Origin: ANME-2 cluster archaeon
Lineage (GTDB): Archaea > Halobacteriota > Methanosarcinia > Methanosarcinales > Methanocomedenaceae
Assembly (NCBI GenBank): GCA_019429385.1
Contig: JAHYIS010000009.1
Coordinates: 1,611-65,610, forward strand
Direction: 5' to 3'
DNA: 64,000 nucleotides
The notes under the pieces are model-generated. The model had not been told where the DNA came from. It did not search any database and saw only the letters and a program-made list of their open reading frames with translations. Both the position numbers and the translations under genes were made by a program. Position 1 is the stretch's first letter. The number at the start of each line of letters is the position of its first letter. Positions 7,606 through 16,742 of the stretch are shown here, piece after piece.

Positions 7606-10336
7606 GCACCAGTTGCCCTAACTGTTCCATCAGGCTGTCCACAATCTTCATTTCGCGCCCGTAATTCTCAAGGTCGCCCGCTTCAAGATATTTCCTGGCA
7701 GTCTCATAATGCACCAGTGTCTCCCCCAGGAGCTGGTTCAGGTCTTTATCCTCAGCACCAGGCATACCCGGCTGGGGTGCAGCGGTCGAGACATTCGCAC
7801 CCATTAACTGTGCAAGCGCAGCTTCAAGTGAATCTTCCATTACCACCCTGTTCTCATAGACCACCAGTATCTTCTTGAGTTCAGGGATACTGGATGCCGA
7901 TTCTGCTGAGATGTACAGGGGTTCGATATACAGGATAGAATCCTCGATAGGAATTACCAGCAGGTTACCCCGTATCACATTCGAACCACCCGTGCTCCAC
8001 AGGGTCAGGTCCTTCGAGATATCCTCGTCCTGGTCTATCAACGCCTCTATCTGGGCCGGACCGTATATCAGCTTGTCCTTGGAGAACTCGTACAATATCT
8101 TCTGGCCATAGTTGGGAGGGTCCTGGTTCACTGCCATCCAGGATATCATATTGTCCTTGTTACTGGGGGTGAAGGGCAGCATCATGTAAAAATCAGTTGA
8201 GCCGTCCAGTTCCAGTAATACATTATAGGGCTCCACCTGTATCTGTAAACTGCCATATTTCTCCTTTGCGAACTGCCACCGGTCTTCACGGTTGTAGAAC
8301 ACCTCAGGGACTTTCATGTGATAATCAGTGTATATCTTTGACTGTATCATGAACAGGTCTGGAGAATACCTCATATGGGACCTGATATCGGCAGGCATCT
8401 GATCCATGGGTTTGAACACACCCGGGAATATCTTTGAATATGTGCTAAGCACCGGGTCATCTTCCATCACATAATAGGTGATTGTACCATTATAGGCATC
8501 TATCACGGCCTTGGTGGAATCCTGTATATAGTTCACCCTGGTGTTTCCAATTTGCAGCGGTTCAGAATAAGGGTATCTGTCAGTGGTCGTGAACCCATTG
8601 ATTATCCAGTAGATATGGCCGTCATCACCCAGCACTGCATAGGCATCCCGGTCAAGGAACAGATAGGGTGTGATATGCTCTGCGCGCTCCATTACATTCC
8701 TGTTGATGTGTAATTTGCTCTTGTCGCCTATATCAGGTGACATCAATATCTTCAGATCACTCAGGGCAAGGGTAGTTATGAGCTTGTTCAGGCCACCCAT
8801 GCCGATACCTCCGGTGCCGGTATAGGTTGTTAACATATTCGTGTTCCCGCTGGGGTAGTCGAACTCTTCCCTGCCGGTACCTGTGATAATATATGAATCG
8901 GTCTTCTCACCGTAATATATCCTGGGCTGCTCGATAGTAAGGGCGGGCAGGGAACTGACAGGAGGGATATTCTCGATATACATCTCGGGCATCCCCTGGT
9001 CCACTACTTTGTTCACCGGAGACATCACCAATCCGATACCGTGGGTGTAGAGCACGTGTTTGTTAAGCCAGGTATCGGCCTTCCCCTGCAACTGGTCATA
9101 AAATATCTCGCGGGGGGAGAGCCATACCTGTGTGGCAGTGCCGTTAATAATGTACCGGTCAACATCCACGTCATTGAACCCGTAATACGTGCGTATTGCC
9201 TGTTTCTGGTTATATATAGTCATCAACGGGCGGTAATCCCAGACCCGGGCATTGGTTATTGACGGGTGCGTTAATATATCCAATGACAGGTTGTAGGTCA
9301 GGGGGTATTGCCGTGTTTCCACATCACCAAGTTCATAAGCGTTATTGGTTGATTGTATGTTATTCATTATGTACGGTCTTTCCAGTTCCTGTTCATTTGG
9401 TAACACCTTCAGGTCCTGTATCAGCGAGGCAGTAACACCCCCGAGCACGGTTATCAATACTAGTACAGCTACCATACCAGCCAGGAGTTTGGGGGTGGAT
9501 GGCAGGGAAGGCCCACCTGACCAGCCCGAAAGCAGTATGGCAACAGCTGTGAACAGGAATACCAGGGCTACAATAACAGGGATATACTGTTTGATGGTCA
9601 CATCGATGTAACCAGCGCCGTACACCACACCGGTCTCACTGTACAGGATATTGTACCGTCCGAGATATGTCTTTACAGAGAACGTGATAAGAAAAGCTGC
9701 AAGCAGTATGCTCATGTCTGCGGGCAGTTTCATCAACAGCTTCCAGTTGAAAGTGGCATATAACCCGGCCATAAGTAAAAGTCCCAGAAACAGTACCGCT
9801 GAGGCGTAGTTCAGCAGGGTATGGTAGAATGGCAGGGAAAAAACGTAAAATGCAATATCATTGTTGAATATGGGGTCTGCCTGTCCGAACGGTGTCCGGT
9901 TCAGGTACATCAGTATCTTAAGCCAGGACCCTGATATTGCCAGTGCCTGCATCCCCGAGAAGAGGATGATAAACAGTATGGCCGGCAGCCGGATAGTTGT
10001 TAAAGCTGCAGCTACATTCTTCTTTGGTGTTACGTCTATGTATTCCTTCTCGATACCTGCGAAGAACTGTGTCTCCCATAATGACGTAACTGGCCTGCCC
10101 GCTTTCAGAATAGTGGCACTGCCAGAACGGTATACCAGGTACAATATGCTGCCGGTCAGCAGGAATGTTACTCCGAACAACAACAGTGCGGCCCTGTACT
10201 TTACCAGGAAGACATCCGCATAACCCAGTGAGTCGTACCATAGATAATCCAGTGCCAGTCCGCCTATGGACGGCAAGAAGAAAATTGTGAGAAATAATAA
10301 TACCAGAATTAATTCAAGCCTGTTCTTTACTGCCAT
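7589..10336 (-). CDS. UPF0182 family large membrane protein
   Basis: 915 aa. The N-terminal third has about 7 TM helices, followed by a large soluble domain with YYGEKTDSYIITGTGREEFDYP-type motifs. Size and architecture are typical of UPF0182/COG1615. Confidence 0.8.
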   Translation of the reverse strand: MAVKNRLELILVLLFLTIFFLPSIGGLALDYLWYDSLGYADVFLVKYRAALLLFGVTFLLTGSILYLVYRSGSATILKAGRPVTSLWETQFFAGIEKEYIDVTPKKNVAAALTTIRLPAILFIILFSGMQALAISGSWLKILMYLNRTPFGQADPIFNNDIAFYVFSLPFYHTLLNYASAVLFLGLLLMAGLYATFNWKLLMKLPADMSILLAAFLITFSVKTYLGRYNILYSETGVVYGAGYIDVTIKQYIPVIVALVFLFTAVAILLSGWSGGPSLPSTPKLLAGMVAVLVLITVLGGVTASLIQDLKVLPNEQELERPYIMNNIQSTNNAYELGDVETRQYPLTYNLSLDILTHPSITNARVWDYRPLMTIYNQKQAIRTYYGFNDVDVDRYIINGTATQVWLSPREIFYDQLQGKADTWLNKHVLYTHGIGLVMSPVNKVVDQGMPEMYIENIPPVSSLPALTIEQPRIYYGEKTDSYIITGTGREEFDYPSGNTNMLTTYTGTGGIGMGGLNKLITTLALSDLKILMSPDIGDKSKLHINRNVMERAEHITPYLFLDRDAYAVLGDDGHIYWIINGFTTTDRYPYSEPLQIGNTRVNYIQDSTKAVIDAYNGTITYYVMEDDPVLSTYSKIFPGVFKPMDQMPADIRSHMRYSPDLFMIQSKIYTDYHMKVPEVFYNREDRWQFAKEKYGSLQIQVEPYNVLLELDGSTDFYMMLPFTPSNKDNMISWMAVNQDPPNYGQKILYEFSKDKLIYGPAQIEALIDQDEDISKDLTLWSTGGSNVIRGNLLVIPIEDSILYIEPLYISAESASSIPELKKILVVYENRVVMEDSLEAALAQLMGANVSTAAPQPGMPGAEDKDLNQLLGETLVHYETARKYLEAGDLENYGREMKIVDSLMEQLGQLVQDKVN

Positions 10337-10424
10337 ATTGATTTACCCCCGTTGGGAATTACTATATCAGGTACGACAGTACTTAATGATATCCTGTATC
10401 CGGATATGTTATTGGAGTTCTCTC

Positions 10425-11504
10425 ATGGAACGTTTCATACTTCATGTTGATATGGACAGTTTTTACGCTTCGGTCGAGCAGCGTGAACATCCTTCGTATA
10501 AAGGACAACCTGTGGTGGTGGGGTCAGACCCTCAAGGCGGCCATGGCAGGGGTGTGGTAAGTACCTGTTCCTATGAAGCCCGCGCGTTCGGGATACATTC
10601 GGGTATGCCCATATCCCGTGCATTTAAACTGTGCCCTGATGCCGTGTTCGTGCCCGTGGACATGGCATTGTACAAGGAAGTGTCACACAGTATTATGGAA
10701 CTGTTGCGCTCATGTGCGGACCGGTTCCAGCAGGTCAGTGTGGATGAAGCATATCTTGATATCAGTGAGAGCGCCTGCACTATGCAGGAGGCCGTGAACA
10801 TTGCAGGCATCATCAAGACAATGATAAAGGAACAGAAAGGTCTGACCTGTTCTATTGGTATCGCTCCAAACAAGACTGCAGCAAAGATCGCTTCTGACCT
10901 GGATAAACCCGATGGCCTGACTATTGTCGAACCGGACAGGGTAGCCGAATTCCTTGAACCATTGGAGGTGCGCAGACTTCCGGGTATCGGCAGTAAGAAC
11001 GATGAGATACTGGCGGGAATGGATATCAGGACCATCGGGCAACTGGCCAGATGTGAACCGGACTTGCTGGTACGCATTTTCGGGAAATGGGGTGCCAGGA
11101 TGCACCAGCTGGCGCAAGGCATTGATGAGAGCGAGGTTGCTGAAGGGGCCGGGTCAAAGTCAGTGAGCAAAGAGCATACCTTCCAGGTGGATACTTCGGA
11201 TGCAGAGGAATTATATGCTTCACTGGACAGCATTGCCGAACGGGTACACAGGGCTTTGATACGACAAGGTTTTTCGTTCAGGACTGTTAGTGTGAAAATA
11301 CGGCAGGAGGATTTTACCACCTTTACCAGGGCACGGACACTGGATATCTATACTCGTGACCCTGACATTATAAAACAGGAGTCACGGGAACTCTCTTGTG
11401 AATTCTTTGATGGCAGAAAGATACGGCTGCTTGGAATAAAACTATCGAACCTGAGTACCAGTAGCATGATCCAGACCACGCTGGACCAATTCCAATCCGG
11501 TTGA
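10425..11504 (+). CDS. dinB: DNA polymerase IV (Y-family, Dpo4/DinB)
   Basis: MERFILHVDMDSFYASVEQRE start, plus SVDEAYLDIS and IGIAPNKTAAKIASD motifs. The ATG at 10425 is chosen over the longer ORF that overlaps the divergent gene. Confidence 0.9.
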   Translation: MERFILHVDMDSFYASVEQREHPSYKGQPVVVGSDPQGGHGRGVVSTCSYEARAFGIHSGMPISRAFKLCPDAVFVPVDMALYKEVSHSIMELLRSCADRFQQVSVDEAYLDISESACTMQEAVNIAGIIKTMIKEQKGLTCSIGIAPNKTAAKIASDLDKPDGLTIVEPDRVAEFLEPLEVRRLPGIGSKNDEILAGMDIRTIGQLARCEPDLLVRIFGKWGARMHQLAQGIDESEVAEGAGSKSVSKEHTFQVDTSDAEELYASLDSIAERVHRALIRQGFSFRTVSVKIRQEDFTTFTRARTLDIYTRDPDIIKQESRELSCEFFDGRKIRLLGIKLSNLSTSSMIQTTLDQFQSG

Positions 11505-11529
11505 GCCACTTTTCCAACACTGAACAGGA

Positions 11530-11670
11530 TTAAGCAGAAACTACAATCCCGTTTTCAAAGCGGTTCGGTTTGATAGCTACTGGTACTGAATTGCATATGT
11601 GGCATTTCGTGTTAATATAACTGAAAGTTATATTGTACTTATAGCCACATATCTTACAGGTGTACATCAT
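11530..11670 (-). CDS. possible small zinc-ribbon protein (46 aa)
   Basis: MMYTCKICGYKYNITFSYINTKCHICNSVP...: CxxC-x14-CxxC. It falls below the ORF-track size cutoff. No clear RBS. Confidence 0.3.
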   Translation of the reverse strand: MMYTCKICGYKYNITFSYINTKCHICNSVPVAIKPNRFENGIVVSA

Positions 11671-11871
11671 TTTCCTATTACCCAATTATGATATTACCAT
11701 GAACCTATATATATCTATTCCACATTATAATAATGGTGTAGATAATAATGAGTTGTATAATAATGAGGGGATTTCTGTAAAAAAAGGGTGTTTTTATAAT
11801 GAGGGGGTTTCCAGCACGGTTCCAGAATCCGGGTTTTGTATCATGTATAAAAATAAAAACCGGATGGTACC

Positions 11872-12777
11872 CTACCACCCGCGGGACTGAAGTATTTCAT
11901 GTTCGGGTATACTGCTAAAACTGATACCTTTCATCTGCTTGCCAAGACCTTTTGATATCTCGGCCAGCACATCAGGTTTATCAAAATTATTTACGGCCTC
12001 GACAATCGCTGATGCCATAATGGGTGGCTGCTCGGCCTTGAAGATACCACTGCCAACGAATATCCCGTCAGCACCAAGTTTCATCATAAGTGCAGCATCT
12101 GCGGGCGTGGCTATCCCTCCTGCTGCAAAGTTCACCACAGGCAAGCGCTGCATTCCGGCAGTCTCCAGTACCAGGTCTATAGGAGCTTCAATCTCCCGTG
12201 CCACCCGCTCCATCTCCTGCAGATCAAGCCCTTTGAGCTTCCCCACCTGCTCGTTTATCTGGCGCATATGACGCACGGCTTCGGCAACGTCGCCGGTGCC
12301 TGCCTCGCCCTTGGTACGTATCATTGCCGCACCTTCGTGTATCCTGCGTAGTGCTTCTCCAAGGTCCCTGGCACCGCACACGAAAGGAATGGTAAAGTTG
12401 CGTTTATCAATATGGTATTTAACATCCGCTGGTGTCAGTACCTCTGACTCATCTATCATATCAGCACCCAGCGATTCAAGGATCTCGGCTTCCACAAAAT
12501 GACCGATACGCGCTTTGGCCATCACGGGAATAGTGACAGCATCAATGATCTCAGCAATTATCTGCGGGTCAGCCATCCGGGCCACACCACCGGTCTTTCG
12601 TATATCTGAGGGGACCATATGAAGTGCCATCACGGCAACAGCCCCTGCATCTTCTGCAATATGGGCTTCTTCGGGCGTGGTTACATCCATGATGACCCCA
12701 CCTTTTTGCATTTTAGCAAAGCCACGCTTTAATAATTCTGTGCCATGTCGTAATTTTTCAAGTTCCATTTGTATCAA
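11872..12777 (-). CDS. pdxS: pyridoxal 5'-phosphate synthase lyase subunit PdxS
   Basis: 301 aa. [57 protein letters not shown]: near-canonical PdxS/SNZ motifs. Confidence 0.95.
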   Translation of the reverse strand: MIQMELEKLRHGTELLKRGFAKMQKGGVIMDVTTPEEAHIAEDAGAVAVMALHMVPSDIRKTGGVARMADPQIIAEIIDAVTIPVMAKARIGHFVEAEILESLGADMIDESEVLTPADVKYHIDKRNFTIPFVCGARDLGEALRRIHEGAAMIRTKGEAGTGDVAEAVRHMRQINEQVGKLKGLDLQEMERVAREIEAPIDLVLETAGMQRLPVVNFAAGGIATPADAALMMKLGADGIFVGSGIFKAEQPPIMASAIVEAVNNFDKPDVLAEISKGLGKQMKGISFSSIPEHEILQSRGW

Positions 12778-12912
12778 CCTGCAATCTTAATAGCATTCAT
12801 GCTTATTATCTTTATTTCTCTCCTGATGGGAAAATGTACCATACTTCGTTACCAATAAAAATACTTCGCATTTGACCCAGAATTACCAGAAATCGGGATT
12901 TCTGACAAACAG

Positions 12913-13061
12913 AATCCTATCCTATCCTCTCCTATCCTCTCCTCTCCTCTCCTCTCCTCTCCTCTCCTCTCCTCTCCTCTCCTATCCTCTCCTATCCTAT
13001 CCTATTCCTATTTCTATTTCTATTTCTATTCCTATTTCTATTCCTATTTCTATTCCTATAT
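12913..13061. repeat. G-free compound microsatellite (CCTAT/CTCCT pentamers, then CTATT[TC] hexamers)
   Basis: 149 nt with no G on the plus strand. About 9 consecutive CTCCT units are flanked by CCTAT variants, followed by about 9 CTATTT/CTATTC units. Confidence 0.9.
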
Positions 13062-13268
13062 GAATTTCCACACGGATTCCAAGTTATTTTCCAGAAGACC
13101 ATGCTTCTTATGAAATACGGGTAATACAATGCCTGGTTTTAAGAATATTGGTATGAACAATAATTGCCTCATTATCATGGAATTGTGGTAAATGTTTCGA
13201 ATTTATCCATTTATTGAAAATATAGCGAAATTTATATATTATATCACATCGAATTGTTGACGTAAGAT

Positions 13269-13733
13269 ATGGACGAACTGGACTATTCTATTCTAAAATT
13301 TCTTTCTATGGACGGGCGGGTGCATAGTACACATCTCGCAAAAGAATTGAATGTAGCAACGTCAACCATCCATAAGCGCATAAAGAATCTTGAATCGGAA
13401 GGGGTGATTGAAAAATTTACCTTTATACCAGACCCATCTAAAATAGACCTTAACCTCACCACATTTATTGGAATTAATATTGATTCAAGCCGCAGGATCA
13501 ACATAATCAACAAACTGAAAGATGTAGACGATATCCTTGAGATACATGAACTGCTTGAACCCTATGACCTGTTCCTGAAGGTCAGGACCTTTGATATCAA
13601 TTCTCTTAAAAATAACGTGTTGCATGTCATAAATGAAATTGATGGAGTACTGGAGTCCAGTACTCTGATAACAACAAAACGACATAAAGAAGAATCATGT
13701 AATATCCTCACAAAGGGGGAAGTAATGGTATGA
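13269..13733 (+). CDS. lrp: Lrp/AsnC family transcriptional regulator
   Basis: N-terminal HTH (LDYSILKFLSMDGRVHSTHLAKELNVATSTIHKRIKNLESEGVI) plus a C-terminal RAM/AsnC_trans_reg-like domain. 154 aa. Confidence 0.85.
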   Translation: MDELDYSILKFLSMDGRVHSTHLAKELNVATSTIHKRIKNLESEGVIEKFTFIPDPSKIDLNLTTFIGINIDSSRRINIINKLKDVDDILEIHELLEPYDLFLKVRTFDINSLKNNVLHVINEIDGVLESSTLITTKRHKEESCNILTKGEVMV

Positions 13734-14005
13734 TATTTGGCCTCGAAATAGTCCTGATCCTTACAGCCATCGTATATCTTCTCGGTGGAGTATTCATATT
13801 ATTTGTATACGAAACGTACGAAAAAACCAAACAAACCAACCTGTTAATTCTTACCATCGGATTATTTATTCTGATATTTGGCAGTAATTTTGATGTGCTC
13901 GCCGGACTGTTATTGCCCGGTATGACACATGAATTCGCACGCACTATCGCTTTAATTATTGAAATCCCTGGAATATTGATTATGCTGTATTCAGTATTGA
14001 AATAA
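13730..14005 (+). CDS. small membrane protein (3 predicted TM helices)
   Basis: 91 aa, hydrophobic. ATGA 4-nt overlap with the lrp stop suggests translational coupling. Confidence 0.5.
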   Translation: MIFGLEIVLILTAIVYLLGGVFILFVYETYEKTKQTNLLILTIGLFILIFGSNFDVLAGLLLPGMTHEFARTIALIIEIPGILIMLYSVLK

Positions 14006-14026
14006 GAAGTTAATGAGAAATATCAA

Positions 14027-14536
14027 ATGTCCATAATTACGACCGACCGCCGGGATAGATTTGCAAGATCATGGAAACTTGTAGGCATTCCATCCAAGTC
14101 AAAGTGGAAAGGCAGTCTCCTGAACAACAGGATACTATCAAGAGCCATGTCCAGATTGGTGGACCGGTTTCAGTCCCAGACTCTTCCAGTACTCGAAGAT
14201 ACCTGTTATGAAATGGGAAAGGAAGATTGCAGGCAATTACAGGATACGTTGAACGTTAAAGATATGAGTGCAGCGTCGTGTCTCGAACCTATGGAAATGA
14301 TTTGCCTGCTCAACGGTATCGATTCCGAGATAATAATAAAAAATAAAAACAATGCATCCATGAAAATGAACGCCTGTCCTTTCAGTGAAGTACTGGTAGG
14401 TGTCGTGCCAAATATGGTAGTCTGTAAGAACTATGTCCGGGGAACGATACAATCTATCAACAAGAATGCTACGCTCAGTCAACCAGAAATGAAGTGCAAG
14501 GAAGGTGGGGTGTGCGAATTTTTGGTCAACATTTAA
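14027..14536 (+). CDS. hypothetical protein, possibly V4R (4-vinyl reductase-like) ligand-binding domain
   Basis: The C-terminal pattern MNACPF...VVCKNYVRGTIQ...EMKCKEGGVCEFLVNI resembles the Cys-containing end of V4R domains. This assignment is tentative. Confidence 0.4.
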   Translation: MSIITTDRRDRFARSWKLVGIPSKSKWKGSLLNNRILSRAMSRLVDRFQSQTLPVLEDTCYEMGKEDCRQLQDTLNVKDMSAASCLEPMEMICLLNGIDSEIIIKNKNNASMKMNACPFSEVLVGVVPNMVVCKNYVRGTIQSINKNATLSQPEMKCKEGGVCEFLVNI

Positions 14537-14552
14537 GCCCGGCTTTTACTCT

Positions 14553-15044
14553 CTATGGCTCTTGATGTTCAGAGAACGGCTTCATGTTCAGTGCACCGCT
14601 TCGCACATCAACTGCAGGACCTCTTTCGAATTCCTGCATCTCAACTGCACTCAGTACTGCCTGCCCGGTTGCCAGCAAGATATCATTTTCATCCACTACC
14701 AGAACTTCGTCACTCGCCCTGATATCAGGGCCTGCTTCAATGACATGCCTGGCAAAAGCAGTTTTTCCGTTCCGTACAAACGGCACTGCATCAGCCATCA
14801 CTACAACCCTTGATGCAGGTGCCTTCAAAAAGCTGTGAAGCCTGGCACCTCCTTCCATGCTTAATGTCAGTACCCCGTCCCTGGCACGGACCGTTGCAAT
14901 ACGCTCTCCATGAAAGGTAATTTGCCGGACCCTTTTTGTCCTGGACAGCAGGAACTCTGACCCGTCAGGGAAGAGCGCCTTTCCTGCCCCGCGGCCAAAC
15001 TGGAAATCTGCAATTATCCGTACCCGTTTTAAATGATCCGGCAT
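14553..15044 (-). CDS. PUA domain-containing RNA-binding protein
   Basis: 163 aa. The C-terminal PUA-like segment is DIRASDEVLVVDENDILLATGQAVLSAVEMQEFERGPAVDVR. Confidence 0.7.
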   Translation of the reverse strand: MPDHLKRVRIIADFQFGRGAGKALFPDGSEFLLSRTKRVRQITFHGERIATVRARDGVLTLSMEGGARLHSFLKAPASRVVVMADAVPFVRNGKTAFARHVIEAGPDIRASDEVLVVDENDILLATGQAVLSAVEMQEFERGPAVDVRSGALNMKPFSEHQEP

Positions 15045-15084
15045 GTGGTGTCTCCGTTATTACGATGCATCAGTATTCCAGGTC

Positions 15085-16095
15085 TTAACATTCCTTTTTG
15101 CATATGGCGATGATGTCGCTCAAAATGGCACTGGCCGTCTCTATAGAGCCTGCCCCCTTTCCTTTCACGCAGATGGGACCTGCCATATCGGTCCTGAGCA
15201 GTGCTACGTTGAGCGTACCGCTCACTGCCAGCGGGTGATTTTTCGGGACCAGTTTCGGTACAACCTTGATAATTGCGTCATCTCCGTCCCGTACCTCACC
15301 AATGAGTTTTATCAGCATTCCTTCAGCACCGGCCAGTGAAAGGGATTCGGGTGTAATCTTGGTTATACCGGTGACGTCAACATCATCATATGTTACATCC
15401 ATTCCAAAAATGGCATTTGCCAGTATGACCAGTTTGCAGGCGGTATCAATACCCTCAACGTCATAGGAGGGGTCGGTTTCTGCAATTCCCAGTTCCTGGG
15501 CCTCACCCAACACCTGTTCATACGAGAGTCCCTCTTCGGTCATGCGGCTGAGTATATAGTTACAGGTACCATTCAGGATACCTTCTATGCTCATGACCCT
15601 GTTCCCTGCAAGTGCATCCTGGGCAAGGTTCACGATAGGCATTGCGCCGCCCACCGTGGCTTCGAACTTGAACTGGACACCCATTTTCCGGGCCTCCTCA
15701 TACAGCATGGTATACTTGAGTGCAAGAGGACCTTTATTGGAGGTCACGACATGACGGCCATGCCTGAACGCCTCCAGCATGTAGGTAAGACCGGGTTCTC
15801 CGTCATCGATGTTAGTGGGTGTGGCATCCACCACAATATCATGGTCAATATCGTTAATCACATCAAGGGATGTGAGGTCTGATGTGGCAACCGAACCGGT
15901 CTCTTTTTTTCGCCTGATAGCAGCTTTCAGGTCCACACCATCCGGCCCGACACATGCCCCGCCCCTGTCAGAAATGCCTACCACTACCAGTTTTAGACCC
16001 ATGTCGGCCAGGGAATCCGTTTTCTGAAAAATTGCCCTGGCTATGCCCTGCCCGACAGCTCCGAAACCGGTAATGGATAGTCTTACTGTTTTCAT
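15085..16095 (-). CDS. hom: homoserine dehydrogenase
   Basis: Rossmann [10 protein letters not shown], plus a catalytic domain with [10 protein letters not shown] and [12 protein letters not shown]-like motifs. The ATG at 16095 (AGGTGA RBS, 4 nt after the upstream stop) is preferred over 16122. Confidence 0.85.
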   Translation of the reverse strand: MKTVRLSITGFGAVGQGIARAIFQKTDSLADMGLKLVVVGISDRGGACVGPDGVDLKAAIRRKKETGSVATSDLTSLDVINDIDHDIVVDATPTNIDDGEPGLTYMLEAFRHGRHVVTSNKGPLALKYTMLYEEARKMGVQFKFEATVGGAMPIVNLAQDALAGNRVMSIEGILNGTCNYILSRMTEEGLSYEQVLGEAQELGIAETDPSYDVEGIDTACKLVILANAIFGMDVTYDDVDVTGITKITPESLSLAGAEGMLIKLIGEVRDGDDAIIKVVPKLVPKNHPLAVSGTLNVALLRTDMAGPICVKGKGAGSIETASAILSDIIAICKKEC

Positions 16096-16099
16096 TCTG

Positions 16100-16609
16100 T
16101 CACCTGTAGGAATCCGTTTCAATGGGTTCTATTACCAGCAGGTCCTTTTCCCTGGCAACGCGTTTCAAAACATTTACAGCATCGGTAAGTTCTGCTTTCC
16201 CTGAAGCACTGATCACAAGAGACGCAGAGGATGGTTCATCGATACCGGGCATTGAGATAGATACATTCACCACTTCTGCGAATCCGGTACTGTCGATCTG
16301 GTTAATGGTATCGCCCATATCACTGTGGACAATATGCCCGATAAGTATCAGGGTCACCGACTCGAGCCGGTATTTTTTATCCACACTGACAACACGCATA
16401 TCGTTTTGTTCCAGATTGTCAATAATATCATCTAACCTGCCACTGGTCAACTGGAATACGACCTGTACCGGAATGGCACCGCTGGGGGTTCGTTGTTCGT
16501 GGTGATGGATGACACTCATTATATTGGCACCGGACTCTGACACCGGTATCAGGGCCCGTACAAGCTGTCCGGGCACATCCTTCAACTCAAGGTCCATTGA
16601 AACGATCAT
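16100..16609 (-). CDS. ACT domain-containing amino acid-binding protein
   Basis: 169 aa with two ACT-like beta-alpha-beta-beta-alpha-beta halves ([14 protein letters not shown]...). It sits immediately upstream of hom, a common archaeal arrangement. Confidence 0.7.
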   Translation of the reverse strand: MIVSMDLELKDVPGQLVRALIPVSESGANIMSVIHHHEQRTPSGAIPVQVVFQLTSGRLDDIIDNLEQNDMRVVSVDKKYRLESVTLILIGHIVHSDMGDTINQIDSTGFAEVVNVSISMPGIDEPSSASLVISASGKAELTDAVNVLKRVAREKDLLVIEPIETDSYR

Positions 16610-16742
16610 GAAATGTATTCCTTTTTGCGATTATCTGGCTTGCAAGGTATCATCAAATTTCATACACATACACCTTTTTGTGTAATAAGGGTTTTGTGCA
16701 GGATTTTATGTGACGGGAGCGTTTTATGCAGGGTTCCTGAGC

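Noticed and set aside
7477-7878. 133-aa plus-strand ORF encoding (LPYPN)x6
   Set aside because: It is simply the tandem repeat read in frame, followed by antisense of the well-supported UPF0182 gene. The composition after the repeat is Pro/Ser/Gln-rich shadow sequence.
10266-10424. N-terminal extension of the dinB ORF
   Set aside because: It overlaps the start of the divergent UPF0182 gene. The Y-family polymerase motif MDSFYASVE follows directly after the ATG at 10425.
11660-11890. 76-aa plus-strand ORF in the dinB/pdxS spacer
   Set aside because: It is an AT-rich, low-complexity translation (N/Y/I-rich) that runs into the 3' end of pdxS on the opposite strand. There is no RBS.
7516-13061. 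Possibility that the tandem repeats are CRISPR arrays
   Set aside because: The units are directly abutting with no unique spacers. The units (15 bp, 5-6 bp) are far shorter than CRISPR repeats. No cas genes are present.
12872-13063. 63-aa ORF with YPLLSSPLLSS and ISIPI repeats
   Set aside because: It is a translation of the G-free microsatellite. There is no RBS, and it lies in a divergent promoter region.
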